From positions 150,474,001 through 150,538,000 of the forward strand of contig OZ024743.1 of the NCBI GenBank assembly GCA_964016885.1: a DNA stretch of 64,000 nucleotides, written 5' to 3'. The notes under the pieces are model-generated. The model ran no database searches and was not told the DNA's origin. It worked only from the letters and a program-made list of their open reading frames with translations. Both the position numbers and the translations under genes were made by a program. Source of the DNA: Eledone cirrhosa (lineage: Eukaryota). Shown piece by piece: positions 39,557 to 52,720 of the stretch; within the stretch, counting starts at the first letter, position 1, and each line of letters opens with the position of its first letter.

Positions 39557-40839
39557 GTAATCTACGCGTTTCATTCTTGTTAGAAATCATCAGGACTACA
39601 TATCCAGTGCTTTTATCGAGAATGACACAGCTAGAGACTTATAGAATACTTAGCTGTGTACAGGAACTGGTTTGAAAGAGCGGTTGCCGGTCCGGCAGAA
39701 ATTAGAAATTGGAATAAATGCTCTGAAATAGCGATATATATGTGAATATAGACAAAGAATATTCGAAAATACTCTGTATGTTTATAATAAACATTTTGAA
39801 GACCTAATCGCTATAGAATAGAATACGTCACGTATTACAATTAGATTCTCGATAAAAGCAAGGGAAGTAATCTACGCGTTTCATTCTTGTTAGAAATCAT
39901 CAGGACTACATATCCAGTGCTTTTATCGAGAATGACACAGCTAGAGACTTATAGAATACTTAGCTGTGTACAGGAACTGGTTTGAAAGAGCGGTTGCCGG
40001 TCCGGCAGAAATTAGAAATTGGAATAAATGCTCTGAAATAGCGATATATATGTGAATATAGACAAAGAATATTCGAAAATACTCTGTATGTTTATAATAA
40101 ACATTTTGAAGACCTAATCGCTATAGAATAGAATACGTCACGTATTACAATTAGATTCTCGATAAAAGCAAGGGAAGTAATCTACGCGTTTCATTCTTGT
40201 TAGAAATCATCAGGACTACATATCCAGTGCTTTTATCGAGAATGACACAGCTAGAGACTTATAGAATACTTAGCTGTGTACAGGAACTGGTTTGAAAGAG
40301 CGGTTGCCGGTCCGGCAGAAATTAGAAATTGGAATAAATGCTCTGAAATAGCGATATATATGTGAATATAGACAAAGAATATTCGAAAATACTCTGTATG
40401 TTTATAATAAACATTTTGAAGACCTAATCGCTATAGAATAGAATACGTCACGTATTACAATTAGATTCTCGATAAAAGCAAGGGAAGTAATCTACGCGTT
40501 TCATTCTTGTTAGAAATCATCAGGACTACATATCCAGTGCTTTTATCGAGAATGACACAGCTAGAGACTTATAGAATACTTAGCTGTGTACAGGAACTGG
40601 TTTGAAAGAGCGGTTGCCGGTCCGGCAGAAATTAGAAATTGGAATAAATGCTCTGAAATAGCGATATATATGTGAATATAGACAAAGAATATTCGAAAAT
40701 ACTCTGTATGTTTATAATAAACATTTTGAAGACCTAATCGCTATAGAATAGAATACGTCACGTATTACAATTAGATTCTCGATAAAAGCAAGGGAAGTAA
40801 TCTACGCGTTTCATTCTTGTTAGAAATCATCAGGACTAC
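39557..40839 (-). ncRNA. Five type I HHR copies (39557-39599, 39867-39909, 40177-40219, 40487-40529, 40797-40839)
   Basis: Reverse complement of GTAGTC-CTGATGA-TTTCT AACA AGAAT-GAAA-CGCG-TA-GATTAC. Confidence 0.9.
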
Positions 40840-41330
40840 ATATCCAGTGCTTTTATCGAGAATGACACAGCTAGAGACTTATAGAATACTTAGCTGTGTA
40901 CAGGAACTGGTTTGAAAGAGCGGTTGCCGGTCCGGCAGAAATTAGAAATTGGAATAAATGCTCTGAAATAGCGATATATATGTGAATATAGACAAAGAAT
41001 ATTCGAAAATACTCTGTATGTTTATAATGATGATTTCTAACAAGAATGAAACGCGTAGATTACTTCCCTTGCTTTTATCGAGAATCTAATTGTAATACGT
41101 GACGTATTCTATTCTATAGCGATTAGGTCTTCAAAATGTTTATTATAAACATACAGAGTATTTTCGAATATTCTTTGTCTATATTCACATATATATCGCT
41201 ATTTCAGAGCATTTATTCCAATTTCTAATTTCTGCCGGACCGGCAACCGCTCTTTCAAACCAGTTCCTGTACACAGCTAAGTATTCTATAAGTCTCTAGC
41301 TGTGTCATTCTCGATAAAAGCACTGGATAT

Positions 41331-41993
41331 GTAGTCCTGATGATTTCTAACAAGAATGAAACGCGTAGATTACTTCCCTTGCTTTTATCGAGAATCTAAT
41401 TGTAATACGTGACGTATTCTATTCTATAGCGATTAGGTCTTCAAAATGTTTATTATAAACATACAGAGTATTTTCGAATATTCTTTGTCTATATTCACAT
41501 ATATATCGCTATTTCAGAGCATTTATTCCAATTTCTAATTTCTGCCGGACCGGCAACCGCTCTTTCAAACCAGTTCCTGTACACAGCTAAGTATTCTATA
41601 AGTCTCTAGCTGTGTCATTCTCGATAAAAGCACTGGATATGTAGTCCTGATGATTTCTAACAAGAATGAAACGCGTAGATTACTTCCCTTGCTTTTATCG
41701 AGAATCTAATTGTAATACGTGACGTATTCTATTCTATAGCGATTAGGTCTTCAAAATGTTTATTATAAACATACAGAGTATTTTCGAATATTCTTTGTCT
41801 ATATTCACATATATATCGCTATTTCAGAGCATTTATTCCAATTTCTAATTTCTGCCGGACCGGCAACCGCTCTTTCAAACCAGTTCCTGTACACAGCTAA
41901 GTATTCTATAAGTCTCTAGCTGTGTCATTCTCGATAAAAGCACTGGATATGTAGTCCTGATGATTTCTAACAAGAATGAAACGCGTAGATTAC
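41331..41993 (+). ncRNA. Three type I HHR copies (41331-41373, 41641-41683, 41951-41993); a 5'-truncated copy lies at 41028-41063
   Basis: GTAGTC-CTGATGA-TTTCT AACA AGAAT-GAAA-CGCG-TA-GATTAC; predicted cleavage after GUA (e.g. 41677). Confidence 0.9.
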
Positions 41994-42115
41994 TTCCCTT
42001 GCTTTTATCGAGAATCTAATTGTAATACGTGACGTATTCTATTCTATAGCGATTAGGTCTTCAAAATGTTTATTATAAACATACAGAGTATTTTCGAATA
42101 TTCTTTGTCTATATT

Positions 42116-42166
<51 letters not shown>

Positions 42167-42169
42167 ATA

Positions 42170-42288
42170 TCATCATCATCATCATCATCATCATCATTTT
42201 ACATCCGATTTTCCCTGCTTGCAAGGGTGGGATGGGAACTGATTCTGGCTTGATTTCTACAGCTGGATGCCCTTCCTAACACCAACAG
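42170..42288 (-). mobile_element. RTE 3'-tail fragment
   Basis: (CAT)n TTTACATCCGATTTTCCCTGCTTGCAAGGGTGGG...CTACAGCTGGATGCCCTTCCTAACACCAAC, shared with the RTE UTRs. Confidence 0.75.
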
Positions 42289-42289
42289 C

Positions 42290-42480
42290 TCCGGCGGACA
42301 GAATGGAGAAAGCGTTTCCTCGGAGAACTGCAAGGGAGACGCGCTGGAAAAGCCACTCCAACTCACAGGGCTCACACCTGGGGCTGATCAGCTCAGCGCC
42401 TATGGTGGTGAGTAAGGACGTACCCTTGGGGCCGAGGACACCAGAAGTCTCCACTGCCAGGAGGTACAACCGCAAACCTG
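42290..42480 (-). pseudogene. CRE-like RLE C-terminal fragment
   Basis: AVETSGVLGPKG...LEWLFQRVSLAVLRGNAFSIL. Confidence 0.7.
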
Positions 42481-42544
42481 TCGGAGAGCGACCGGTATTT
42501 GAGGAGTTTGGGCCCCTCAGCCCGACGTGCCACAGAACCTTGGT

Positions 42545-42649
42545 ATATATTGATATATTGAAGGTAGATACGGAAAGTAAAATAGTGTTGTCATATAGGG
42601 AGTGAAGAGAGACAGAGAGTAAATCAGTTAAATTATAGAGAGGATGAAA

Positions 42650-42684
<35 letters not shown>

Positions 42685-43168
42685 GACGCTCAGCTTTATA
42701 ATATTAGAGAGTGAAGAGCGACAGAGAGAGTAAAGCAGTTAAATTATAGAGAGGGGGAATGATCTATTATAGAGAGAGGGAAGAGCGACGGAGAGAGTAA
42801 AGCTAAAAAACTATAGGGTGGTGTGTAGGATACATACGTGTTGACTGAATTTACATACGTCGCTCATCTATACGGAAAGTAAAATAGTGTTGTCATATAG
42901 AGAGTGAAGAGAGACAGAGAGTAAAGCAGTTAAATTATAGAGAGGGTGAAAGAGGGAGAGAGAGAGGGAGAGACGACGCTCAGCTTTATAATATTTGAGA
43001 GTGAAGAGCGACAGAGAGAGTAAAGCAGTTAAATTATAGAGAGGGCTAATGATCTATTATAGACAGGGGGAAGAGCGACGGAGCGAGTAAAGCTAAGAAA
43101 CTATAGGGAGGTGTGTAGGATACATACATAATACATACACACGACACTCAGCTTTATAATATTATAGA
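42545..43168 (-). mobile_element. Helitron-like 5' region with two ~300-bp tandem units
   Basis: Minus starts A|TCTATAATATTATAAAGCTGAG; TACGGAAAGTAAAATAGTGTTGTCATATAG recurs at 42569 and 42871. Confidence 0.55.
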
Positions 43169-43400
43169 TTATATATTCGTTTACAGATATTTTTGCATAT
43201 ACAAAACAAAATATAAAAAGTCCCAGCCTGGCCGCAAGATCAGATTTTCCAGAAGAAAATATGTTATAACAAACGTATTTATTTCACGAAAGCACAGACG
43301 GCGTATCGTCATTGTTACTGTCGATATGCCACCCAAAAAGTCCTAGTCTGGCCGCAAGATCAGATTTTCCAGAAGAAAAAATGTTACTAGAGCAACAGAG

Positions 43401-44342
43401 AGACTAAGCTTCGCGATTACCATCAACAAAGCTCAGGGTTAAACCCTAAAAGTGGCTGGCTTTCATCTGGGAAAACCATGGTCAAGGGTATGTAGGATGC
43501 TCTAGGTTGAGCTCGCCAAACAATCTCTTCATCTTTGCTCCCGAGGGCAGAACAAAAAATATTGTATACTCTGAGGCTCTAACAATGTAATTTATGTATT
43601 TTCTGTTACTTGGAATTTCCATTATGGTTGTACAAATTATTCTAAAGTTTGTTTAAAAATGTGTTCTCTGTTCAACCTTTATTGTTGTAACTATCAATTT
43701 TCTTTAACGTGCTAGCTGAGAAAAGAAACTTACAATGAAAGAACATCTTAAAGTTTACCCAAGCGAAATGTTGTATTTATTAACATTTCTATCTGCAGGT
43801 TCTTAGCAAGCTTACTGGCGCTTTAGTATGGTATTCAATTCTCATATCGTTTTTGATTTATATGGTGCATATATCGCAACTATTCATATGTTTTAAACAT
43901 TAGATAACGATTACTGATGTATATTGTACGACAGAATTAGCTGAAAAATATTTTGAATGAATAAATAAAAGAGATATAAAAGAGAGTTGTTTGCTGGTTG
44001 GTTCCTTCGTGTATCACACGAAAAGAACGGAAAGTGACAATCGGAAAGTATATACAGGATTGAGATAAGAGTATGTCCAGGAAAGTTTCTTGATACTAAT
44101 TTTATTACACCAAAGAAGAAGAAAGACGTATGCTAACCAACCTGACAGCTATATATAGCAGGTTGGGAATCAACCATAAGGGATTCTCTCTGCGAGTTCG
44201 TTGTCAGTGATGATCGTGTTTCGCGGCCTATGTCTCCGATTCCAACAGTGGTTTACACACACACATGCACACGCACACACACGAACACTCACACAGGCAC
44301 ACACACACATATATATATATATACACACAGACACACACACAC

Positions 44343-44373
<31 letters not shown>

Positions 44374-44461
44374 ACACACACTGTAAACAAGACAATGCAT
44401 TGAATACAGACGTTTTCTCTTATCATTTGTTAACCTTAACGAAGCTGGGTACCTCAGCTAG
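43401..44461 (+). mobile_element. Helitron 3' part with Pif1 helicase C-terminal pseudogene (43401-43590)
   Basis: RLSFAITINKAQG*TLKVAG.../HGQGYVGCSRLSSPNNLFIFAPEGRTKNIVYSEAL; ends with a decayed hairpin and CTAG|T. Confidence 0.8.
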
Positions 44462-44486
44462 TATATATATATGTATATATATATAT

Positions 44487-45950
44487 ATATCACGATAAAT
44501 TAACGGAGCCATAGACTCTCGTTATTCCCTGTCAATAATGTGCTCAAAGGAAAAAGGAATCTTGAGCTCTTTAAAATACAATATGTTGAAAAGGTAACAC
44601 ACCAAAGAGAGACAGTGTGCCATCAATAAAACAGGGGAAACCACTAATGAATGGAGTCTATAATCCATGGAAGACAGAGTAGACACACAACAATTAAAAA
44701 TATAAATTTAAATGTATATACGCACCTCTATAACTATATAACACACGCGTACACATCCAAAGAGATCTGTTTTGCCAGTAAGTTGTTGACTGAAATGGAA
44801 TAGCCCATCGTTCATCAGTGCATGCAAGACTATACATTCCAGACAACTCTAAGAGAATCTAAAGCGACCGACCAGCTACACGCGGCAGAGAGATGTCACA
44901 GCGTGTTTGGGCAGTGAACCAGTGGTGTCTGAGAGACGAGCTGCTAGAAAGGGCAGCCCAAAAACCACTCAAAGAAGTGTGCTCAACCTAACAGAGAGGA
45001 AAGACTGTTATAAGCAGCGAAATATCACGATAAATTAACGGAACCATAGACTCTCGTTATTCCCTGTCAATAATGTGCACAAAGGAAAAGGAATCCTGAA
45101 CTCTTTAAAATACAATATGTTGAAAAGGTAACACACCAAAGAGAGACAGTGTGCTATCAATAAAACAGGGAAAACCACCAATGTATGGAGTCTTTACTCT
45201 ATGGAAGGCAGGGTAGACACAATAATTAAAAATATAATTTGATTATATATGATTATAGACTCCATACACTAGTGGTTTTCTCTGTTTTATTGATGGCGCA
45301 CTGTCTCTCTTTGGTGTGTTACCTTTTCAACATATTGTATTTTATGTATATATATATATGTATATATGTATATATATATGTATATATATATATATGTCCC
45401 GTCTAAACCCATGCTAGCGAGGAAGATAGATGTTAAACGATGATGTTGATGATATATATATATGTATATACATTTTTCCTTTGAGCACATAATTTACAGG
45501 GAATAACGAGAGTCTATGGCTCCGTTAATTTATCTTGATATTTCGCTCCTTATAACAGTCTTTCCTCTCTCTCTGTTTGGTTGAGCACATCTCTTTGAGT
45601 GGTTTTGGGCTGCCATTTCTAGCAGCTCACCCCTCAGATACCACTGGTTCACTGCCCTAAACACGCTATCACATCTCTCTGTCGCGTGTTGCAGGACGGT
45701 TATCTTATATTTTCTTTAAATTGTCTGGAATGTATAGTCTTACACACGCTGATGAACCATAGGCGCTTCCATTTCAGTCAACAACTTCCTGGCGAAACAG
45801 ATCTCTTTGGATTTGTACGTGTGTGTTATATAGTTATAGAAGTGCGTATATGCATTTTAATTTATATTTTTAATTATTGTGTGTCTACCCTGCCTTCCAT
45901 AGGTTATAGATTCCATACACTGGTGGTTTCCCTGTTTTATTGATGGCACA

Positions 45951-45995
<45 letters not shown>

Positions 45996-46021
45996 GTGTG
46001 TTATCCTTTCTACATATTGTA
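44487..46021. mobile_element. 535-bp HHR-bearing repeat, head-to-head partial tandem arrays, diverged
   Basis: CACGATAAATTAACGG at 44491 and 45026; reverse-complement block 45251-46021 interrupted by (TA)n plus an RTE tail. Confidence 0.8.
45742..45824 (+). ncRNA. Type I HHR; decayed paralog on minus at ~44743-44826
   Basis: ACACACG-CTGATGA-ACCA...TGGC-GAAA-CAGATCT CTTT GGATTTG-TA-CGTGTGT; the paralog has GAAA changed to AAAA. Confidence 0.75.
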
Positions 46022-46034
46022 TTATATGTGTATA

Positions 46035-46071
<37 letters not shown>

Positions 46072-49000
46072 TTGTGTGTGTGTATAATAAAGAAAACCAT
46101 AATCTGCTGCCCCAAGTATTGAGTACTCTGGTGAGTAATGGTTTAACCAGTTTCAAACTGAATCCATTCTGATTTATATGTATATATATATATATATTCA
46201 GAGAGAGAGGGAGAGACAGACAGATATATATACATGTAACATGGCATAAAGTAAAATGATTCATTGTGCTCTAATGAAAATTTATGTGGTAAAAAGCAAA
46301 AATTATACAGAGCTTTATTAATATGTTGCTAAAAGTAAACATGAAAGAGTTTAAAAAGGAATCCAGAAATAAGAAATGACAAAATACAAAATATTTCCCC
46401 TGAGGAATCAGAATCTAGCTATAAATGCATGCAGAGAAAAAGGAAAAATAAGCTTTGAGCCTACAATATTAGCCACTACTAAAATCTGCAAGATGGAATT
46501 CAAAAAATAAAAGCAGAAATTAAATTTGACGAAAAAAAAAAAACCTTATTCTCTTTGGCAGAATAACTTTTTGCTTTACTCATTTTTTCCTTATTATATT
46601 TTTATTATTATAATTATATTCTAATCAGTAGCTTCTTTGTTTCTCCAAGTCTTCTTATTTTGTTTTAATGTTATTCAGTTTCTCTCTTTCTCTCAATTCT
46701 TTCCTTACTTTTTGAAGCTATAATCACCTTTATGGGAGAATTAAGTTTTAATATTGTTATGTGGAACCTCAAACATTATTCACTCATATAACTATATTCA
46801 GAGAGGAAAGATCTGTCTTAGTGTTTTCTTATTTTGTTGAATTAATTTAGAAGAGAAAATGTAATTTTATTTGAAAAGGTAGTTGTATTATTAGATCTTA
46901 GTGGTATTAAAGAAAATCAATATAGAAACAGTGAAGTTAATACATTTATCTACAATAGCAAAATGTTTTAAAGTGTAAAAGAGAAATGTAAAATCAAAAT
47001 GAATTATTTTGAATCTCAATAATTAAGACTTTTTTCTTTGAACAAACAAGCTGGTAATTTGAACGTCTTTAAAAAATTGCTTATGATAGTAGTTATCTAG
47101 AAACAGCTGACAGGCATAAAAGAAGAAAATATTACATAAGTTTAGGTGAATATGTGAAAAAATGTATCATAATCAGCAAAGAAAATTTGATGTGGAGGAA
47201 TGATATCTGTTTACATATTTTGGAAAGATCTCTAAAACATAATTAACTCAAAGGGCTATATTATATAGCTTATTCTTTTGTGGTAAATATACATCTATTT
47301 ATTGAGAATTAAAATATATTTATTTCTTGAAAACTAACTTTCTCAGTAATATTTACAAAAAGTATACAATTTGAATGCATCAATAAATTATTCACATTAA
47401 CAGTAAATTAACATTTCTTAATAAATAATATATATCATGAAAAACAATACAAATTATGAATATGGAATAAATAACACGATAAAATACATTAGTAATATAC
47501 ATCACAGAAACAACACAAAAAATATAAAATGGCAAAGAAATGTTAACATGCTTTTTAATAATGGAAAGAAATTAAACATGCTTAATATTCTTTCAAATCA
47601 CAAGACTTTCTAATAGATCTGTTGTAGCATCTGTAGTAAGCTAAAGTATTGTAGTTTTGATCCAATGTAAGAAATTAAATAAAAGATGTAAGGAATCAGT
47701 TTTATATATTATGGCAGCAATCATTCTTGAAGAGTGACTCTGAAACTGGGATTTGTGAACTACTGGATGTTTGCAAAGGTAGTACTGATGTTTTTTCAGC
47801 TAAGTTCAACATTTTAAATATTAAAGCCTAACATTCTTTTAAATATTAAAGCCTAACACTCTTTCAGCTAAGTTCAACATTTTAAATATTAAAGCCTAAT
47901 ATTCTCTAAATATAAGCATTTCTCTTCTTTCATTTGTATTCACCATAAGACAGTTTTGGAGAGGTTTAATTATAGTGGGAAAATTCATTTAAATAAAAGG
48001 AGCCCATGACAATGAAAAGGATGGGAACCACTTATTTAGATAAATATGTAAGCCCTTAGTACTTAACTCTTCAGTCAACTTAACTTAACTTATGGCACTA
48101 ATGAGTGCTTGCCACAACTTTCTATTTTTCATTTCTCAAAATTATAGAGTCCTTATGAAGGAGAAGTTAATATTCTGATTTAAAATTTGAGGATGTTCAA
48201 ATCTAAGCTATTTATAGCAAGCGACTGTTGTTACAGTTATTTTCTGCATTTGGGATTCTCATCTTCTTAAATTGCAAATCACCCAAGTGCTTCAATTATT
48301 CATAAGATTGTGATTTGAATTTTTTCTAGATTTAATGAAAACAACATATATAGGGGAACAATGTAATCAATTGAACCAACCTAATATTTTAATAATAGTT
48401 GTTTTGTTCACAAGAATGAATAACCATTGAAACTCAACATACTGAAACTCACTACATTTCCTGCAAATGTTTCTTTTTATATTGAAATTTTATTATCTTT
48501 ATATTGCTTTTGAACCATACTATTATGCTAGTCGATGTTTTGTAGTTTTTTAAGTCCTTTATAAATGTTAAAAAGTAAATCAGTATATTTGAGATAATTA
48601 TTATGAAACAATATAAAATTGGTAATGAGTATAAATTTTAATCACCACAAGAGAAAAATTGACAAAAGCACCCAGTCAATATATTGTTCATTTTTCTAGC
48701 AAGTTAGAGAAACAATTTTGGATGTGTTTCAGCTTTACATAATGATGTAATTTATTCCACTGGAACTTGCTAAATTTGACACAGAAAATTGACACTGTTT
48801 AAAAAGTAAATAATTCTGAACCTTGTTTGTATGGATTTCTAAAATGTTTATATTTCTACATAAAAAAATATATATATAGTTGTGTATTTACTTAGTTTGT
48901 TTGTCACTACCCTGTGTAATTAAAATGAAGCTATTTTCATGAGAGTGCTAAAATGGGGCAAAATATATCTAGAGTTGACTCCAGTACTTACCATTCAAAT

Positions 49001-49329
49001 GAAAAGATATTGATCATCAACTGTCATTTTTTCTATTGCATATTTAATGCTCTGTGCATTAAATATACTGGTACTTACTATGTTGAAAAGTTGATGAATG
49101 ATATTGTAAAGAACCACTGAAAGTTATTAGTAAAAAGATTAGCCTTTTAGAAATTGTAGTAAAAATTATAATGCTTTTTGAACTTCTAAAATTAAAATTA
49201 GGCATAGAATGTTTACAGTAGTTTCAGTTATTGCTCAAATTGATTCTTGTATTCTTTAAGTCATTTCATGATTATATTTTATTTTTTACTCACTAGGGAA
49301 GGGAATAAATTCAAATAAACTATAAATGA

Positions 49330-49750
49330 GTTGTTGAAAATGTCTATTGTTCAACCAGACTTTCAACAATCTAAATAGGTCAGTTCTAATGTTGCTATCC
49401 ATTTAAAAGGGATGGTTTGATGCATCCATTATATAAAACTAAACCAAATATGAAACATGCATGTCAGGCTTCAAATTGTATCAATTGATCAAATGATTGT
49501 TGAAATAGAGAATAATTTTTCTATTCCAAAATTAGATATAAAATGGGTTTTTCATCAAATTGAGTTAGATCAAGAAAGTCAAGAAACAATATTTATTACA
49601 CTCATAGGATTGCTTTCATGTAAAATATTATTTTGGAGTGTGTTTTCTAACAGAGGAATTATGATATACCATTTGCCTAATTTTATCAAGTTATGAAGGA
49701 ATTTTTTAATGATAATGTTATGTCTGTAATGAAACCAGACATGATAACAG
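49330..49750 (+). pseudogene. Decayed Ty3/gypsy reverse transcriptase fragment
   Basis: IVSIDQMIVEI...KLDIKWVFHQIELDQESQETIFITLIGL. Confidence 0.6.
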
Positions 49751-52199
49751 ATTTATGGGTAGTATTTGTGGTAAATTTGAGTATGTTCAATCGCTCATGT
49801 TATCAATCTAAAATTAGGTACATTGGTTGTAAAACTCCTCTCACATGAATTATTAACAAATGCCAAGCTAATAGCTGTACCATGCATTGATATTATGATA
49901 GTATGCAGTTGACAAAAATATGAAAGTTACTTTTGAAAGGTCAAGCAATATCCATATTTCTTGATTTAGAGAAGGCTTTTGATAGCCTTCATACTACAGA
50001 ATAGTCAGATACAAGAAATCTGTGTGTGGTTAAATTACTGTTTTATTCAAGCCACTTAAGGTTGTTAAAACTAGTTATCTGATTGTCAATGAGTACAGAG
50101 AGCAATTTAAGATACAGATAGTGATAGGCTTTGTCGTTAACCATCTTCTCTTCAATTGAATCCTTAAGACAATTCAAAAAGTTCAAATTTGGATGTTTGT
50201 GAGATCTTTTGTTCACCAATAATTAATTACAAAATGTGATAGGGAACTACTGAAAAGTTTAACATGGTCTAGATTAAGATGCCAGAAAAAAGCTCTGATC
50301 AGAAGTACTAGATATAATGTGGGACATTGATCGTTCAGATAGCTGATTGATTTTTATAACCCTCACTAAGTGATATATAGAGAAGGTATGGTTACTGTGC
50401 ACAATTAGTGTTGGTGGTACTTACTGGTTGGGGAGTTGTATGTTAGCAGAAAGTACATATGGTAGAGAAAGATTTCTGTTGAAATAATTAAGATACCTAA
50501 AACATTATATAGCATCTATGGATTATAAGACGGGCATGCAGCTGGTAAATAAATTAGGGGACTGGAGAGCCAAGAAAGACTCCATAAATATCAAATGACA
50601 CCGTCCACAAAAAGCCACCCCTCAGCATCCTTCAGTTTCAAAATATGCCTTACATATCCTGGTAATTGGGTGACATGAAAACAATCTTCACTTTACAAAA
50701 TTACACATGAGAAGATATTGTTTTCATAGAACTGTTCAAATCAATTCAGCATATTAATGGAAACAATGATGAAGTTAGTAATAAAGGGTGATAATGAAGA
50801 TGAAGGTCTTGATTTCATTACAGAACAACATCTATAGACATCAGAAACTTAATTCTTCTTTTGAAAACTTGTTTAGTTATATTGCTGATTACTAAAAAAA
50901 TAGCTCCATAATCATTATATAATCACTAAAAATGCAATAGATTCTGCTAGATAAAACATTTATTAATTTCATTAATTGTAATTTCATAACCATGTTATGT
51001 AGAAACACTCCAAATATTTAATAATCTTCTGTTAAAAATTTCTTTCATTTCTAATTGTTTATTTTTGTCATTCTTTCAAAACAAATTCTGACCTGTTTCT
51101 TGTATACATATAATTTCTTTCTCCATTATTCAAGATCTCACATTTCAATATGGTTTTCTACTGAACAAAAACAAGCTTAATTATAGATCACAAAAATAAT
51201 TATATTAAGGACACAAATGAGTTAGAAATTAGATATTCTAAGATTTAAATTTAATATTTCTGACTTGAAGCAACAATTTCCACTGATTTCTTTAAAAAAA
51301 ATTCAAACTGTTTGAAAACAAAATCTTTTAAAAAGAAAATGAAAGCTGGATGCTTCTACATTACATTCGGATATAAAACTCAATGTTCTTTGATATTTTC
51401 TTCAAATGTTCATTTGCTTTTCTTATACTTTATCAAATTTTAATAGTCATTGTGTAAAGAATTTACAGGATTTTTTTTACTGCTTAATCAGGAGAAAAGG
51501 TCAGGGCTCATTAGCCACTTCAGTGCCACTGAGACAAGTGGGTGAAGAAAGTTATCAAATCACAGGCTTAACTTGAATCCTTGCAGTAGAGTGAACTATG
51601 TAATAGATACCTTAGACAGGTAATGGTGTTAAACACAAGCAACAAATTGAGGTTGCCATCACTTTTAATTCTAATCCTGCAGTGGCCATTGCAGGATTCA
51701 AACTCAAAATATGAAGAGCTGGAATGAATAACATAAGATATCTTGTCCAACATTTTAACAGTTTTACCTGTCCACTACTCTGGACAGATACATTATCAGA
51801 TAAAAACGAATGAAAGACAGTTTACATTGGCAGAATTTAAACTCAGAGCACTAACAAGTCTGCCATTTCACCACTTACTGTATAAGTAGTATAAGTAACT
51901 GTGGTTTGTTTGAATAAATATAAGTTCTGTGGTTTTGATAGAGCTTGTCATCACAGTGGTATTCTAAGAATATATTCATAGCACTCAACTTGTATAGACA
52001 TTTAATATGCTGAATATACAGTATATAAAATAAGATGTAACTGGCATTCTGTTATGCTACATAATGAAGAATTAATGCAGAATATCTTTGTAGAAGCATA
52101 ATAATTAAGGGTCTCTGAGTCTTCTACAACACCTGTCATGAGAGAATCTGTATTTTCTTTTTAAGCTGAGATATATGACTTTAACATAAATTTAAATAT

Positions 52200-52720
52200 A
52201 TGAGAATTAGAGTACCTCTTATCCTAAGCTGCAGTAAATGTAGTCACAGTGACAGCAAAATGGAGATGCTGATTCTTGAACATGCTTCATGTAATTGCAG
52301 GAGAGCAATTGGTATGGGGAAGGACATTCCCCTTATTCAAGCTGTGGAGAAAATATTAAGTCAATCCTTCCTTTCAAAGTCTTGAAGTAGTGCTTCAGAC
52401 AAGTGTTAAAAACCTTTCTTGCTTCCTATTTGAAGTGAGAATTATAATAGGGCAAACAAAAGGTATAGAATTGCCCCTATGGACACTCTTTTCTATCTTC
52501 CTTTCAGCTATACTTGAGCTCACTATGGGAAAACTTCCACTTGCCATTCAGATCTCATAGAGGATGGATAGCTATTCAATCATAGCAAACTCTCTGCCAG
52601 AACAAAGACTGGGACTACACTGGAAACTGAAATTCAGTACGCAGATATTGCCACAGTTAATGTGATTTCAGCAGAAGGACTACAAACAATTACCAACACT
52701 TTCACAGATGCATATATGTT
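52200..52720 (+). pseudogene. Decayed RTE/BovB-type RT fragment
   Basis: TLFSIFLSAILE...EIQYADIATVNVISAEGLQTITNTFTDAY. Confidence 0.6.

Noticed and set aside
47790-47910. Short local duplications (also 10930-10972 and 20365-20490)
   Set aside because: Ordinary slippage-type duplications with no further structure
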